Source: Octopus vulgaris (lineage: Eukaryota). Taken from it: a stretch of 64,000 nt of DNA. Shown here in pieces: positions 1 to 64,000 of this stretch; position 1 is the stretch's first letter; the number at the start of each line of letters is the position of its first letter. The stretch is taken from the NCBI GenBank assembly GCA_951406725.2, contig OX597842.1, forward strand, positions 13,826,001-13,890,000, given 5' to 3'. The notes below the pieces were generated by a model. It was not told where the DNA came from, made no database searches, and saw nothing but the letters and a program-made list of their open reading frames with translations. A program made the translations under genes and the position numbers.

Positions 1-60
1 ACGCGCTTCGCATTGTTTTAGCCTTCAAATGACGCCACCCCGCTGGCTACGCGAGCAGGC
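1..60 (-). mobile_element. SINE fragment (same family as 31676-31975)
   Basis: Reverse complement matches ggtggcgtcatttgaaggctaaaacaatgcgaagcg at about 31877-31912. Confidence 0.75.
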
Positions 61-86
61 CATATATATATATATATATATATATA

Positions 87-1165
87 CATTCTTACAATAC
101 TGTGACTGGTTGCTGAAACAGCTGCTCAACCACTCAAATGTGGAAGTGTTATATCTCGACGTTGCAAAGGCCGTTGATAAAATTTTATCATGGAATGATA
201 TGTCACAATGTGCGTCATTTTGGCATGGTTGGAAAATTGGGAGAATGGCTTCATGAATTTCTGAAGGATAGAAATCAGGTAGCCAATGGGGCCACCTCAA
301 ATGACTCGCAAATAGTGAGCGCTATTTCGCAAAGCACTATTTTCGGACAACTACTGTTCATAATTGCCCTCTGAGACATGCCCTCAGCCACACAGAGAGC
401 CACGATCACAAATTATGCAGATGATGCAAAAGTTTCACATGTAATACAGAACCCTAAAGACGCTATGCACCTACAATGTGCGCTGGATGAAATATAGCAA
501 ATGGGCCGAAAAGAATAGCATACTGTTTAATGCTGAAAAATTTAAAGCTTTGTTCTATCAGCATGCAAATCTAAATGCAGTACCCAGTAAATACACTGGA
601 CCTGGAGGGATTGCAATCCCAGAGGCACAATCAGTGTGAGTCCTGGGCATTTACATGAGTAATGATGCAACCTTTCATGTGCATGTTGCTAAATTGGCAA
701 TGGAATGTAGGCGGCTGACCGGATGCATTCTTAGAACGTTTAGAACAAGAGACCAGGAAACCATGATGGTCCTCTAGAGGACACTTGTCCTAACCCACTT
801 TGACAATTTCTCTCACCTATGTTCACCAACCAGTGTCAAATTAATCGCAGAACGTGAGACAATACAACGAAGCTACACGAAGAAAATAGCCTCTATGCAG
901 TATATAAGCTATTGGAAAAGACTCAAGAGATTAAGACTCTATTCTGTAGAGCGTATGCGAGAAAGATATGCCCTAATATACATCTGGAAGATCCTGGAAA
1001 GACTTGTCAAAAGCTTTGGCATCCAGAGTTAAACAAATACTAGAACTGGGCGCCACTGCATAGTGTCAATGACTCCAAACTTGCCATCAAGATGTAGGAA
1101 AATATACTGCAGTAGCCTGGGCTTTAGAGATCCACAGGTCTTCAATATCCTCCCGATGGACCTGA
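87..1165 (+). mobile_element. Degenerate non-LTR retrotransposon RT and 3' ORF2 remnant (CR1/L2/Jockey-group-like)
   Basis: Motifs across frames: YLDVAKAVDK, SAISQSTIFGQLLF (from PQGxxLGPLLF), NYADDAK, FNAEKF, LKRLRLYSVERMRERY. Several stops and frameshifts. Confidence 0.8.
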
Positions 1166-1285
1166 GGATTGGACGGTTCGACCGGGGTCTGGGAAGCCAG
1201 GGACTGCACCAGGCTCCAGTCTGATCTGGCAGTGTTTCTACAGCTGGATGCCCTTCCTAACGCCAACCACTCCGCGAGTGTAGTG

Positions 1286-1510
1286 GGTGCTTTTTAAGTG
1301 CCACCTGCACAGGTGCCAGGGGAGTGCGGCATCGGCCACGATCGGTCGGTGCTTTTAACGTTCCACCGGCACGGAAGCCAGCCAAGGTGGTGCTGGCATC
1401 GGCCACGTTCGGATGGTGCTGTTTATGTGCCACCGGCACAGAAGCCAGTCGAGGTGGTGCTGGCAACGGCCACGTTCGGATGGTGCTTTTTATGTGCCAC
1501 CGGCACAGGT
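1286..1510. repeat. GC-rich minisatellite, about 67-bp unit, about 3.4 copies
   Basis: ggtgc(t)ttt..gtgccaccggcac..ggccacgttcggat units start at 1286, 1348, 1415 and 1482. It follows a ctggatgcccttcctaacgccaacc repeat tail. Confidence 0.85.
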
Positions 1511-1659
1511 ATCACAACTACTATTTCCATTGATATTTATTTCAATGTTCATGTACTTCACTCAACAGGTCTCCTCAAGCACAGCGGGATGTTCTGGAAT
1601 CCAAGGTACTTTGAATGGGCAGGGGCTATGCGTAACTGGTGCAGGAAGCATCCCGGGTT

Positions 1660-1845
1660 TTTATTCTTTACTGTTTTACTTATTTCTGTGATTTGACTGT
1701 GGCCATGCTGGAGTACCGCGTTTGGACACATGAGTTACTTATTCAATCGCTCTCATTTTGCCGAAACGCTAAGTAACAGGGTCGTAAACACACCAGCATC
1801 GGTTATCAAGCGATGTTGTGGGGACAGACATAGACACACAAACAC
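1660..1845. mobile_element. SINE-like interspersed repeat (related copy 55555-55790)
   Basis: Shared tttgact..ccatgct….gtaaacacaccagcatcgg.tatcaagcga, followed by (CA)n/(TA)n. Confidence 0.75.
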
Positions 1846-1848
1846 ATA

Positions 1849-1984
<136 letters not shown>

Positions 1985-3280
1985 CATATACAAAACAATT
2001 TTAAATTGCTTATAATCATGCTCATCATTTCCTTGATTGTCATCATCAACAGGGTAAATAACATCATCCTCATTGTCATCATCATCTAACATACATGTTT
2101 CTTTCTGGCTTTGTCTGGACAGGATCCAAGGACTGCACTGCGCTCAAATGTCTGCTTTGGTCTCCTATTTCTGGTTAGATGCCCTTCCAAATATCAACCA
2201 AATTACAACATGGATCAGTGCTTTTTATCATACTACCCGATTATTGAGGTTGCCATGCGGCAAATCCTCTACAAATCCTCGGGGGTGGAGTCAGTTTCAT
2301 GCCTGTGGATAAGGGAATAATCTCAGAGGAGGAGGTAGGGTAGTTTTGTTTTTTGTAGATCCTCTTTGGTAATGAATGACCAGGAGATTGCACCTAGAGA
2401 GTTCCCCACCAAGGTACATATCCGGAAAAAATTGTGTATGGATGACCGGGCGTCACCCATGCATAACAGAATACCGTCTCCATACCAACAATGTTATCTG
2501 AGGGAAACGCAAGGACTGATACAGCTTCGGGGCAGTGATGTCACAACACTTTTCAACAGCTGAGTGAACTGGAGTAATGTGAAATAAGAGTATCTGCGTA
2601 CATGTGCCAAAAAAGTTAGCGTGAGATATGGCTTCTATTTCTAGCATGTGGATAGCCTGGTTGAAAGCCATAGAATCAGGAGGCGAGGGTACTTTTTCTC
2701 TTGACTAACTGCAATTTTACAAGGTTTTTTTGTCTTTAGAATCATCATGTCCAAACATTTCTACGTATTTCACAAAAACGTGGGAGTGTTGGGTTGAATA
2801 TCAGTCATCTGCCCCTATATATATACACACACACACACAAAAAGATAAAAAGATGGATACAACTGAGTGGGCAAACAAAAATATGAGACACTGCCTCGTG
2901 CCTTTTCTTAAATTTTGATAAGTCTGTTACTGATTCTATCAGTTTCTTCTTGTCAAAGTATCATTTTCTTATTGTGCGTTGACTAGATTCGTTGGATGTA
3001 ATTGTGAAAAATTACAGCCAACGAATCTAGTCAACTCAAAAGACAGCTGGTATACCCTCACCCCACAAAACACCACCACGTGGACATTGTTGAGACTAGT
3101 AAGAAATAATTATGAACTTTTTATTACACTTAACTTTATAAAATTATTTTTGATGAGGTTCGTTTCTTCAAGAAGAACCGATACATGTAATATCTCTAAG
3201 AAAATTAAAATTTATCTCATATAGTGGCGTTTTTAAACTTACTTTTTATAAATATATATCCATTCGTATGTCACCTTCGC

Positions 3281-3351
<71 letters not shown>

Positions 3352-3354
3352 GAT

Positions 3355-3505
3355 TGCTGGATTTCAGTTTCTCTCTACAAAATTCACTGACAAGGCTTTG
3401 GTTGGTCTCAGGCTATAGCAGAAGACACATGCCAAGTCACCACACAGTGCTACTGAACCCAGGACCCTGTGTTTTGGAATCAATTTTGTTACCACACTGC
3501 CACAC
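3355..3505 (-). mobile_element. tRNA-derived SINE 5' part (related copy 55850-55975)
   Basis: Shared ttcagtttc..ctac.aaat..act.acaaggc.tt.gt.gg … ttaccaca..gccac. Confidence 0.7.
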
Positions 3506-3626
3506 ATGCACTTATGTATATATATATATCTGTATGTGTATGTATGTGTGCATGGGTATGTATATGTATGCATGTACACATGTGTATTTATATATATATA
3601 TACATGTGTACATATTACATGTACAT

Positions 3627-3659
<33 letters not shown>

Positions 3660-3851
3660 CATACATACATACATATAAACATATACATCTATACATACAT
3701 ACATACATACATATATACATATATCATATATATATATACATATGCATCTATACATATATATATAGATATACATGTATATATATGCATCTATATATATATT
3801 ATATCATATATATTCACACACACAGACACACACACACACACACACACACAT

Positions 3852-3899
<48 letters not shown>

Positions 3900-4041
3900 C
3901 CTTAAAATTGTTTCATCCCGAAAGCTGTGGCCATGCTGGGACACTACCATTGATTGTGGTACACTAGTATGTGAAACCCCTCTGATACGTGGTCAACAAG
4001 GGAGTTCTATATATACATTATTGAATTATAATAGTCATAAT

Positions 4042-4095
<54 letters not shown>

Positions 4096-4335
4096 ACACA
4101 CACATATATATATATATACATATCTATATATATACATATATATATATAAACATACGTGAAACATGTTTCGATATGTATTAAAAAATATATACGCATTTTA
4201 AGTCGAATTTATAAATGTATGAATATGATTGCCTAATTTCAGTTTATATCTTAATTCCTATCTTTTGTCTCAGATTCGACCATAGCACTTCTTTTTAGCA
4301 GTTATATATATTTCCTAAGAATTATATATATATAC

Positions 4336-5325
4336 TGATATGGAGGTCAGTTGAGAAACAGAGTGCTTGTGGCCTGGTTTTGTGATTTGGCGACAGGCAG
4401 GCGGATAAAGCCTTTTGTTCTGTCGGTTTCTGGAAAGATTAATGAGGTTGGAAGAGACCTCTGCCCCCTCTTCCGATCAAGCAGAGTTTAGGAGACCACC
4501 CTTTAAAATGCGACGCGCGGGGTTAGTTTGGGCAGTACTGTCTGAGACAGTGAGAAGGCCGGAAGAGACAGTCAGTTGGCAAAAGACAGCAGGCAAGAAG
4601 GTGGCGATGGCGAGAGGATGACAACGTTGAGAAAGACAGACAGAGAGCATTGGGAACATGTAGAGCGAGAGAGGAAGATTACGGCGTGAAGGCATTGGCT
4701 ATCTGTAGTAGGAGCTCGTAAGGGTATGTGTTGTTTATCTTTTGATGTGAAATGTAAAAGAAAGAATTGTGACGTAAATTGTAATCTGTGATAAAGAGAA
4801 AAAAGAATTGTTGAACTAAAAAAGAATTGATGCGTCAAAGAAAAAAAGAAAGAAGGAAAAGAGGGAGAAAAGAAATGAGACTTTAAAGAACATTGTGAAT
4901 TGAGGGAAAAGAGGAAGAAAAGAATTAGAAAGAATTTAATGTTGAACTGTTTTCATTTGTCTCCGGACTTGGTGTATCCTGAACTGTTTGATCGTTTTCG
5001 AACGACGTGTTGTGTTTAAATGCTTTGATTTTGCTGTTTTCACGTTAATCCTGTTGCATGTTTTTTTCTTTAATGTATCTGCTATGTTTCACATTGTATT
5101 TGATGTCGTAATAATTGTTGTTAAATGTAAGTTATTGCCTTCCGCCGTGTATCTCTTCCTGCTGTTTTTGTTGTTGTTATCTCCGGTCGCCGGTTCGAGT
5201 TCGCTGCCATCCTCCAACACCGTACTCTCTCTGTGGCGGATTCCCCGTTCGACTGAGCCGGTCAATCGTCGTCGCTCGACTTAGTAGGGTCCCGGGTTCG
5301 AAGGTTGAGAGACGGCAGGTTTCGT

Positions 5326-5329
<4 letters not shown>
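4336..5329. mobile_element. Possible solo LTR (about 1 kb, TG…CA termini)
   Basis: A higher-GC block between (TA)n tracts that begins TGATATG and ends CGTAACA. No clear target-site duplication and no coding motifs. Confidence 0.3.
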
Positions 5330-5377
<48 letters not shown>

Positions 5378-5380
5378 GAT

Positions 5381-5669
5381 GTAGACTGTCAATTTAACGT
5401 GACAGTAGGGGATTACACCACCGCTGTTTAGCCCTAAGAAGCACCTGCAGCTAGCAGGCTTTTGCTACTCTAGACCGATGATGGACAAAGACCCTGAAAC
5501 ATGCGTGTCTCTAGATGAAGGCCTAGCTGTTGAGGGTATTTGTCTCCCCTTCGTAAATATATATAAGGATACCACAAATGTGTCGAAGCCGACAGGAAGC
5601 GTTCGATGCTTCCTAGGGCTAAACAGCGGTGATGTAATCCCCTACTGTCACGTTAAATTGACAGTATAC
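5381..5669. repeat. Inverted repeat, arms about 63 bp (5381-5443 / 5607-5669)
   Basis: ctgtcaatttaacgtgacagtaggggattaca.caccgctgtttagcccta.gaagca and its reverse complement, about 3 mismatches. Confidence 0.9.
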
Positions 5670-5799
5670 AACTCTTATATCGCCCCATCACCGTACATAT
5701 CTCTATGAGATATTTAGAAAATTAATATTTCTGATATATATATATATATAGATTTATACATACAAAGACACACACATAGACACACACAAACACACATAC

Positions 5800-5859
<60 letters not shown>

Positions 5860-5935
5860 GTATACACACTATTTAAAGCAGCAGAAAATTCAACAAAACC
5901 TGTTACTCTGAGTTTCCCGTTATCGTTAAGTATAT

Positions 5936-6110
5936 AAGTATATTTGTCACTTAAATGTGGCTAACCCTTAACGGTGGATGCTACTGTAGCTTGTAGCCCC
6001 AGGAGGACACCTCCTCCAGCTGGCTATTGACGCACTTCCTGTGCCCTATCTGTATTTGCAAAGGAAAGCCATCCTTAAGGGTTAGTCATGTTTATGTGAC
6101 AAATATACTT
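5936..6110. repeat. Inverted repeat, arms about 42 bp
   Basis: aagtatatttgtcac.taaa..tg.ctaacccttaa.g.tgg at 5936-5977, with its reverse complement at 6069-6110. Confidence 0.8.
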
Positions 6111-6179
6111 CACGATGTCGTGCAGCTACTGTTTATACCTCGCTCAGAGATTTATTATATATCTTCATTAGAACTTACT

Positions 6180-6890
6180 AAAACTTTCTCGTCGTTGCTA
6201 AGTTTACCTAAGGACTCATACCAGTTTAAAATTCCGGGTACTAAGTAAATACACATAGATTCATACGAGAGAGAAGCCTTATCATTTTAATGTCTGTGGT
6301 AAATCCGTTTACAGACGAGAAACGATATTAGCGTTCTGTTTGTGGTAAACCTTTCTCTGTGAGAAGCCATTTAACTAAGAATAAATTCATTCATCGGAGA
6401 GCGAAACCATACCATTGTGGTGTCTCTGGGAAATCTTTCTCTAGAAATTGTGGCCTGACTAAACACAAATGCACTCATACAGCGGAAAGAAAGCAACATC
6501 TCTATGGCATCTGTGGTAAATCATTCTAACAAATGACTATTTTAACTATTCAAAAGGACTTGATACAGGAGAGAGACCATTCCAATTCGATGTTTATGGG
6601 AAATCGTTCCCAACGAGTAGTAAAGTTACTTTACACAAACATATTCATACTGGACAAAAAAAAACATATCACTGTTATATCTGTGGTAAATTATTCTCTT
6701 AAAATGATTCTTTTCATTCAGAAGAGAAAGCATATTACTGAGGCATCTTACTGATATTGTGGCTTATCATATTGTGGACAACTATACGTGGATCTTATTG
6801 TACAAAAGAGTTACTGTTTCAGTGTCAAAAATCATTTGATGATAGAAATATCTTATATAAGAATAAAGGATCCCACACAGCAAAGACGAT
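6180..6890 (+). pseudogene. Degenerate tandem C2H2 zinc-finger array
   Basis: Repeated HTREKPYHFNVCGKS, CGKPFS, KPYHCGVSGKSFSRNCGLTKHKCTHT, ICGKSF*, YHCYICGKLFS units. Contains stops, frameshifts and lost Cys/His ligands. Confidence 0.85.
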
Positions 6891-6984
6891 TTAACCGTTT
6901 AACATTGTATTTTATATAACCATATTGACATTTATATCAGTAAAGGTGCTTAACTAATCCAAGCCTAAGTTACCAAATTCACCA

Positions 6985-7255
6985 CTGAAAATAGTTACAG
7001 CCTAAAGGGAGATAATTAGGAAACACTTGAATGTTGACTTAAGATCGTAATTATGTAAAGTAACTGTAACGAATAAACCAGAATTCTTGTCCGGTACCGG
7101 GTAACTTCCAAGATCTAATCAGTTAGTGCTTGTCAGGACAAACATACCTGAACCTTTCGTCGAATCCATCCCATGGTTCTTGTGATATCTTGTCCACGGA
7201 CAAACAACTACATCTGAAAACAATATCTCCGCCTTCGCTAAGGCGGATGTAATAA
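6985..7255. mobile_element. Non-autonomous Helitron/Helentron-like repeat fragment
   Basis: Ends in hairpin atctccgcc-ttcgctaa-ggcggat after a cggacaaacaac…aaacaat segment. Family assignment is from memory of molluscan repeats. Confidence 0.4.
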
Positions 7256-8313
7256 ATGATAGTTTAGCCCTGTGAAGTCTGAATAAGTTTTTTCATTAAT
7301 TATTTTTCTTTCTGTATTTTAACTTAAACAATACTTATTCATCAAAGAAAAATTTATATCGAGCCTTTTTTTTGAATTACTGGGCATATTATGCTAAGTA
7401 AGTTATATTTGGGAAGAAAGAGTTTGAATTGAAAAAGATGTTTATAAGTTATGTTCAGTTGCGAAACCTATGGAATTTCCACCAAGTTTTCTTAATTTAT
7501 ATAATTTTATCATTTCTTTCTTTTATAATCATGATCCATTTATGTTTTTTGTATTTGAGGTGAATGTTAAGTTGCGTGTCATCATTATTAGTATCATCAA
7601 AGTGTTTTATGTTAATTCTCCACACTGGTATGGGCTGGATATGTATGTCATATATTTCATATCACTTTCAAGTCACAGATTTCTGAGTTCCCATCTCATC
7701 CATCTTTGCGAATATTCTTAATGAACTGAAAATAAGGTAAAGTTGGTTGAATTTTCAATTATTGCCCTATCATGTTATATGGGGAAATTCTAACTCACAC
7801 TTGTACGGATATAATTATAAGCAACAGGATGTGTAAACATAACCAATTTATTAAAACATTTTGTTTATTTCTCTCAACGAATCTTCAATGGTAATTAGAT
7901 GTTATGTACGTTTTTGAAATTATTTGGTACCAAACTCCTGATTGATTCAATGTAGTCAGTCCGGGATGCGAATACAAATGTTTGTGTTAATGTTTAAAGA
8001 GAATACAAGTTAAGAGGCAGAAATACATACATTTCTCTGGTTGTAAACGCAGTGGTTTGTGAAATGTTTATTATCAGATTAAGTAAGACAATGACAAGTG
8101 AGAGACCTGATAATAATAATAATTAGATAACGGATTATAAATATAATCAGCTAATAACCATGATGCACATTTTTAGAGGAGTAATTAGTAACTGAAGAAA
8201 TAATCAATGTCTCTCTCTCTCTCCCTCTCCCTTTCTCAGACACAATTTGAACTAAGATTGCAATATTGCGATGCTTCAACTAAAAGTAAAATAGTTTGTA
8301 CAAAGAAAACACA

Positions 8314-8319
8314 TTTATT
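8314..8319 (-). promoter_or_regulatory. Candidate polyadenylation signal AATAAA for the aGPCR
   Basis: Plus-strand tttatt about 280 nt past the stop. The region is AT-rich and other hexamers lie further downstream, so this is weak. Confidence 0.3.
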
Positions 8320-8596
8320 ACTTCATTAAGAAAAACTGAAGATTATACTGAAAATTAAAAGTGAAATTGGCAGCTAGAAAACATCTATAGAATTACAAAT
8401 CAAACCATATGATTTTAGATTTTGCGTGTTAAAGAAAAAGGAAAATGTACTAAACCGTGTTTAAACTACATTGTGCTATATACAGTCTCTCAGTTTCATA
8501 GTGTTGTATTAATAGAAAAAAATAAAGTTCTTTTGTATAGAAATATGTATAGAGAAAAATGAGGTTTTCAAAGCCATTTGTTTTTCATATTTTTAG

Positions 8597-62231
<53,635 letters not shown>

Positions 62232-62565
62232 CTGGAAAAAAGAAATAAGTATTCTGTAAGTTAGAATATGTACAATTAATAAGTCTGTTTTCTACTGTTA
62301 ATATACTGTCTAAATTAACCAAATAAAAGCTCATATTTACTGCAAAGATGTTTATTTCTCTATGAGTTTTCTGCCTATAGTTTGGACAAGAGCAGTTTCC
62401 ATTAATCTCACTTAGGTATCCTGAGGGTAGAGAAGGTTTCTGTGATAACCGATTAACAAAAGATGGACGAAAATAAGCTATAAGAATAACAAGACATCGA
62501 GACATTGTTTTGTGCACGATGTTGGTTTTACATCACATTCTCACCGAATGTACAAATATTATATA

Positions 62566-63004
62566 CTAGCAGCATAGCCCGGCGTTGCCCGGGTATGTAA
62601 GAGCCCCTAGCAGGCAACGACTAATCCCAATTTAATCATTTCCCTCTAGGGAACGAAGGCGCATGTGTAGGTTGCAATGTCTTCTCTTCACTCGAATACT
62701 TCTGTGTATACGATGTTCCTAGCTGTCATTTGGGCGATAAAAAGGTCGAGTTGCGTCCCCTAGACAGAAAATGTGTTGCATATAAAAAGCTTAGATTCTC
62801 GACCCCATGTCGAATTTATCGATTTTTTTCAGAACTGGGGGAACTTTTCAAAATTTTCACTGCGTTAGATTTGAATTATGATATTGGGCTATGTGTGTGT
62901 CAAGTTTCATCAGAATCGGTTGAAAGCCGTGGTCAGAGTGAGGGTACAACCTGACAGACACACAGACACACAGACAGACAAACTGCCGTTTATATAGAGA
63001 GAGA
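62566..63004 (-). mobile_element. Non-autonomous Helitron
   Basis: Minus strand A|TC… hairpin cccgg-gcaacg-ccggg … CTAG|T: canonical Helitron termini and AT target. Confidence 0.8.
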
Positions 63005-63162
63005 TTCCAAGAGCAATATAATGACGAAATTGCAAAAATTAATCATGAATAATTAAAACACTTATCTTAACACCAATTCACAACTTTAAGAAACATATTC
63101 AAAATATAAGTAGGAATTAATGTTTGTCTCTAAACTGTTTTGTAAAACATATATATCTTTCA

Positions 63163-64000
63163 TATTAGGTCGTCAAGTATGAAAATTATCGAAAACCAAT
63201 GTTTTTTAAATACAAGGAATAGTTTTATTCTTCAATATATGCACCCATATTTTCAATACACTTTTGCCATTTCAGCGGTAGCCTGTGCAACCCGGAACTG
63301 TAAAAGCCTGGTAGTCTAGAGACAATAAATTCCTGGAAGGCTTGTTTTACAGAATCATCGGAAATAATTTGTTTTCCTAACAAAAAGCTAGCGAAATTCT
63401 GAAAGATGTGGTAGTCAGTGGGGGCAATATCGGGTGAGTAGGTAGATTAAGGAGAGCTTCCAACTCGAAACCCTGTAGTTTCGCCAAAGTTATTTTTTCG
63501 ATGTGTAATCCGGCGATGTCTTGCAGTAAAATAGGATTGATCTGTTGACTAATCTAGGTTGTTTTTTGTACTTTTCTGCATCATTTGTTCCAGTTGGCTG
63601 CAGTGTACTTCGGCTGAGATTAATGAGCCAGGGGTAATGAAATCATAACGGATCACACCTGGACCAGACCACCAAACACACACCAACAGCTTCTTTTCCG
63701 TTTTGAACTGTGTTTTGGTGGCTCGTCTTGGTCCAGTCATTGTGGTTAACCTCTACAGTTGAGGCATTGGATCGATTTCTCATCACGTTACAATCTTTTG
63801 TAAAATAATTCTTTTTTGCGATGAGAAACTAGCATAATGTAGGCATCCAAACGTTGCTATTTCTGATTTTTATTGAATACATGTCGAAGCCACTTATCCA
63901 ACGTTTTCACTTTACCGATTTGAACTAGGTGAGTCAATATTGTTTGCTAACACAAAACAACAACAATAATTCACAGGCACTTTGAGATGGATCAGACTCG
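63163..64000 (-). mobile_element. Degenerate mariner element, cut off by the window edge
   Basis: KKLLVCVWWSGPGVIRYDF…SAEVHCSQLEQM and YSPDIAPTDYHIF. Terminus tattaggtcgtc…. Confidence 0.85.

Noticed and set aside
1286-1510. Regular ~67-bp repeats that could be mistaken for a CRISPR array, with overlapping ORFs 1257-1696
   Set aside because: Whole units are similar with no unique spacers, there are no cas genes, and the context is eukaryotic. It is a minisatellite, and the ORFs are by-products.
62232-62517. ORF 62224..62517(-) with a hydrophobic start and CSC, a candidate signal peptide/LRRNT for the GPCR
   Set aside because: It is in a different frame from the LRR exon, stops at 62224 and runs through the polypyrimidine tract. 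No phase-2 donor giving a sensible exon was found.

Overview
Eukaryotic, AT-rich genomic DNA dense in microsatellites and transposons. It is very probably octopus/coleoid cephalopod, inferred from the SINE families, TGEKPYHCxICGKSF-type C2H2 zinc-finger remnants and repeat landscape. The main feature is one minus-strand, intron-rich gene that the ORF track shows only in pieces. I assembled 17 GT-AG exons by hand (62231 down to 8597; 2524 coding nt, about 840 codons, one continuous frame; the 5' end lies beyond 64000). They encode an adhesion GPCR with the order LRR - LRRCT - 12-cysteine Ly6/uPAR (three-finger)-like domain - HormR - GAIN/GPS (HL|TSF) - 7TM - C-terminal ETTA*. This resembles ADGRA (GPR124/GPR125: LRR-Ig-HormR-GAIN, ending ETTV), but a three-finger module occupies the Ig position as a symmetric phase 1-1 exon cassette. 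This is the most notable finding. Introns and flanks hold decayed Tc1/mariner elements, RLE-type and CR1/L2-type LINE fragments, Helitron-like elements, SINE clusters and a C2H2-ZNF pseudogene. They also hold several long inverted repeats, including a 403-bp near-perfect palindrome with a hammerhead-ribozyme motif in each arm. All calls come from manual reading; no database search or folding computation was run.
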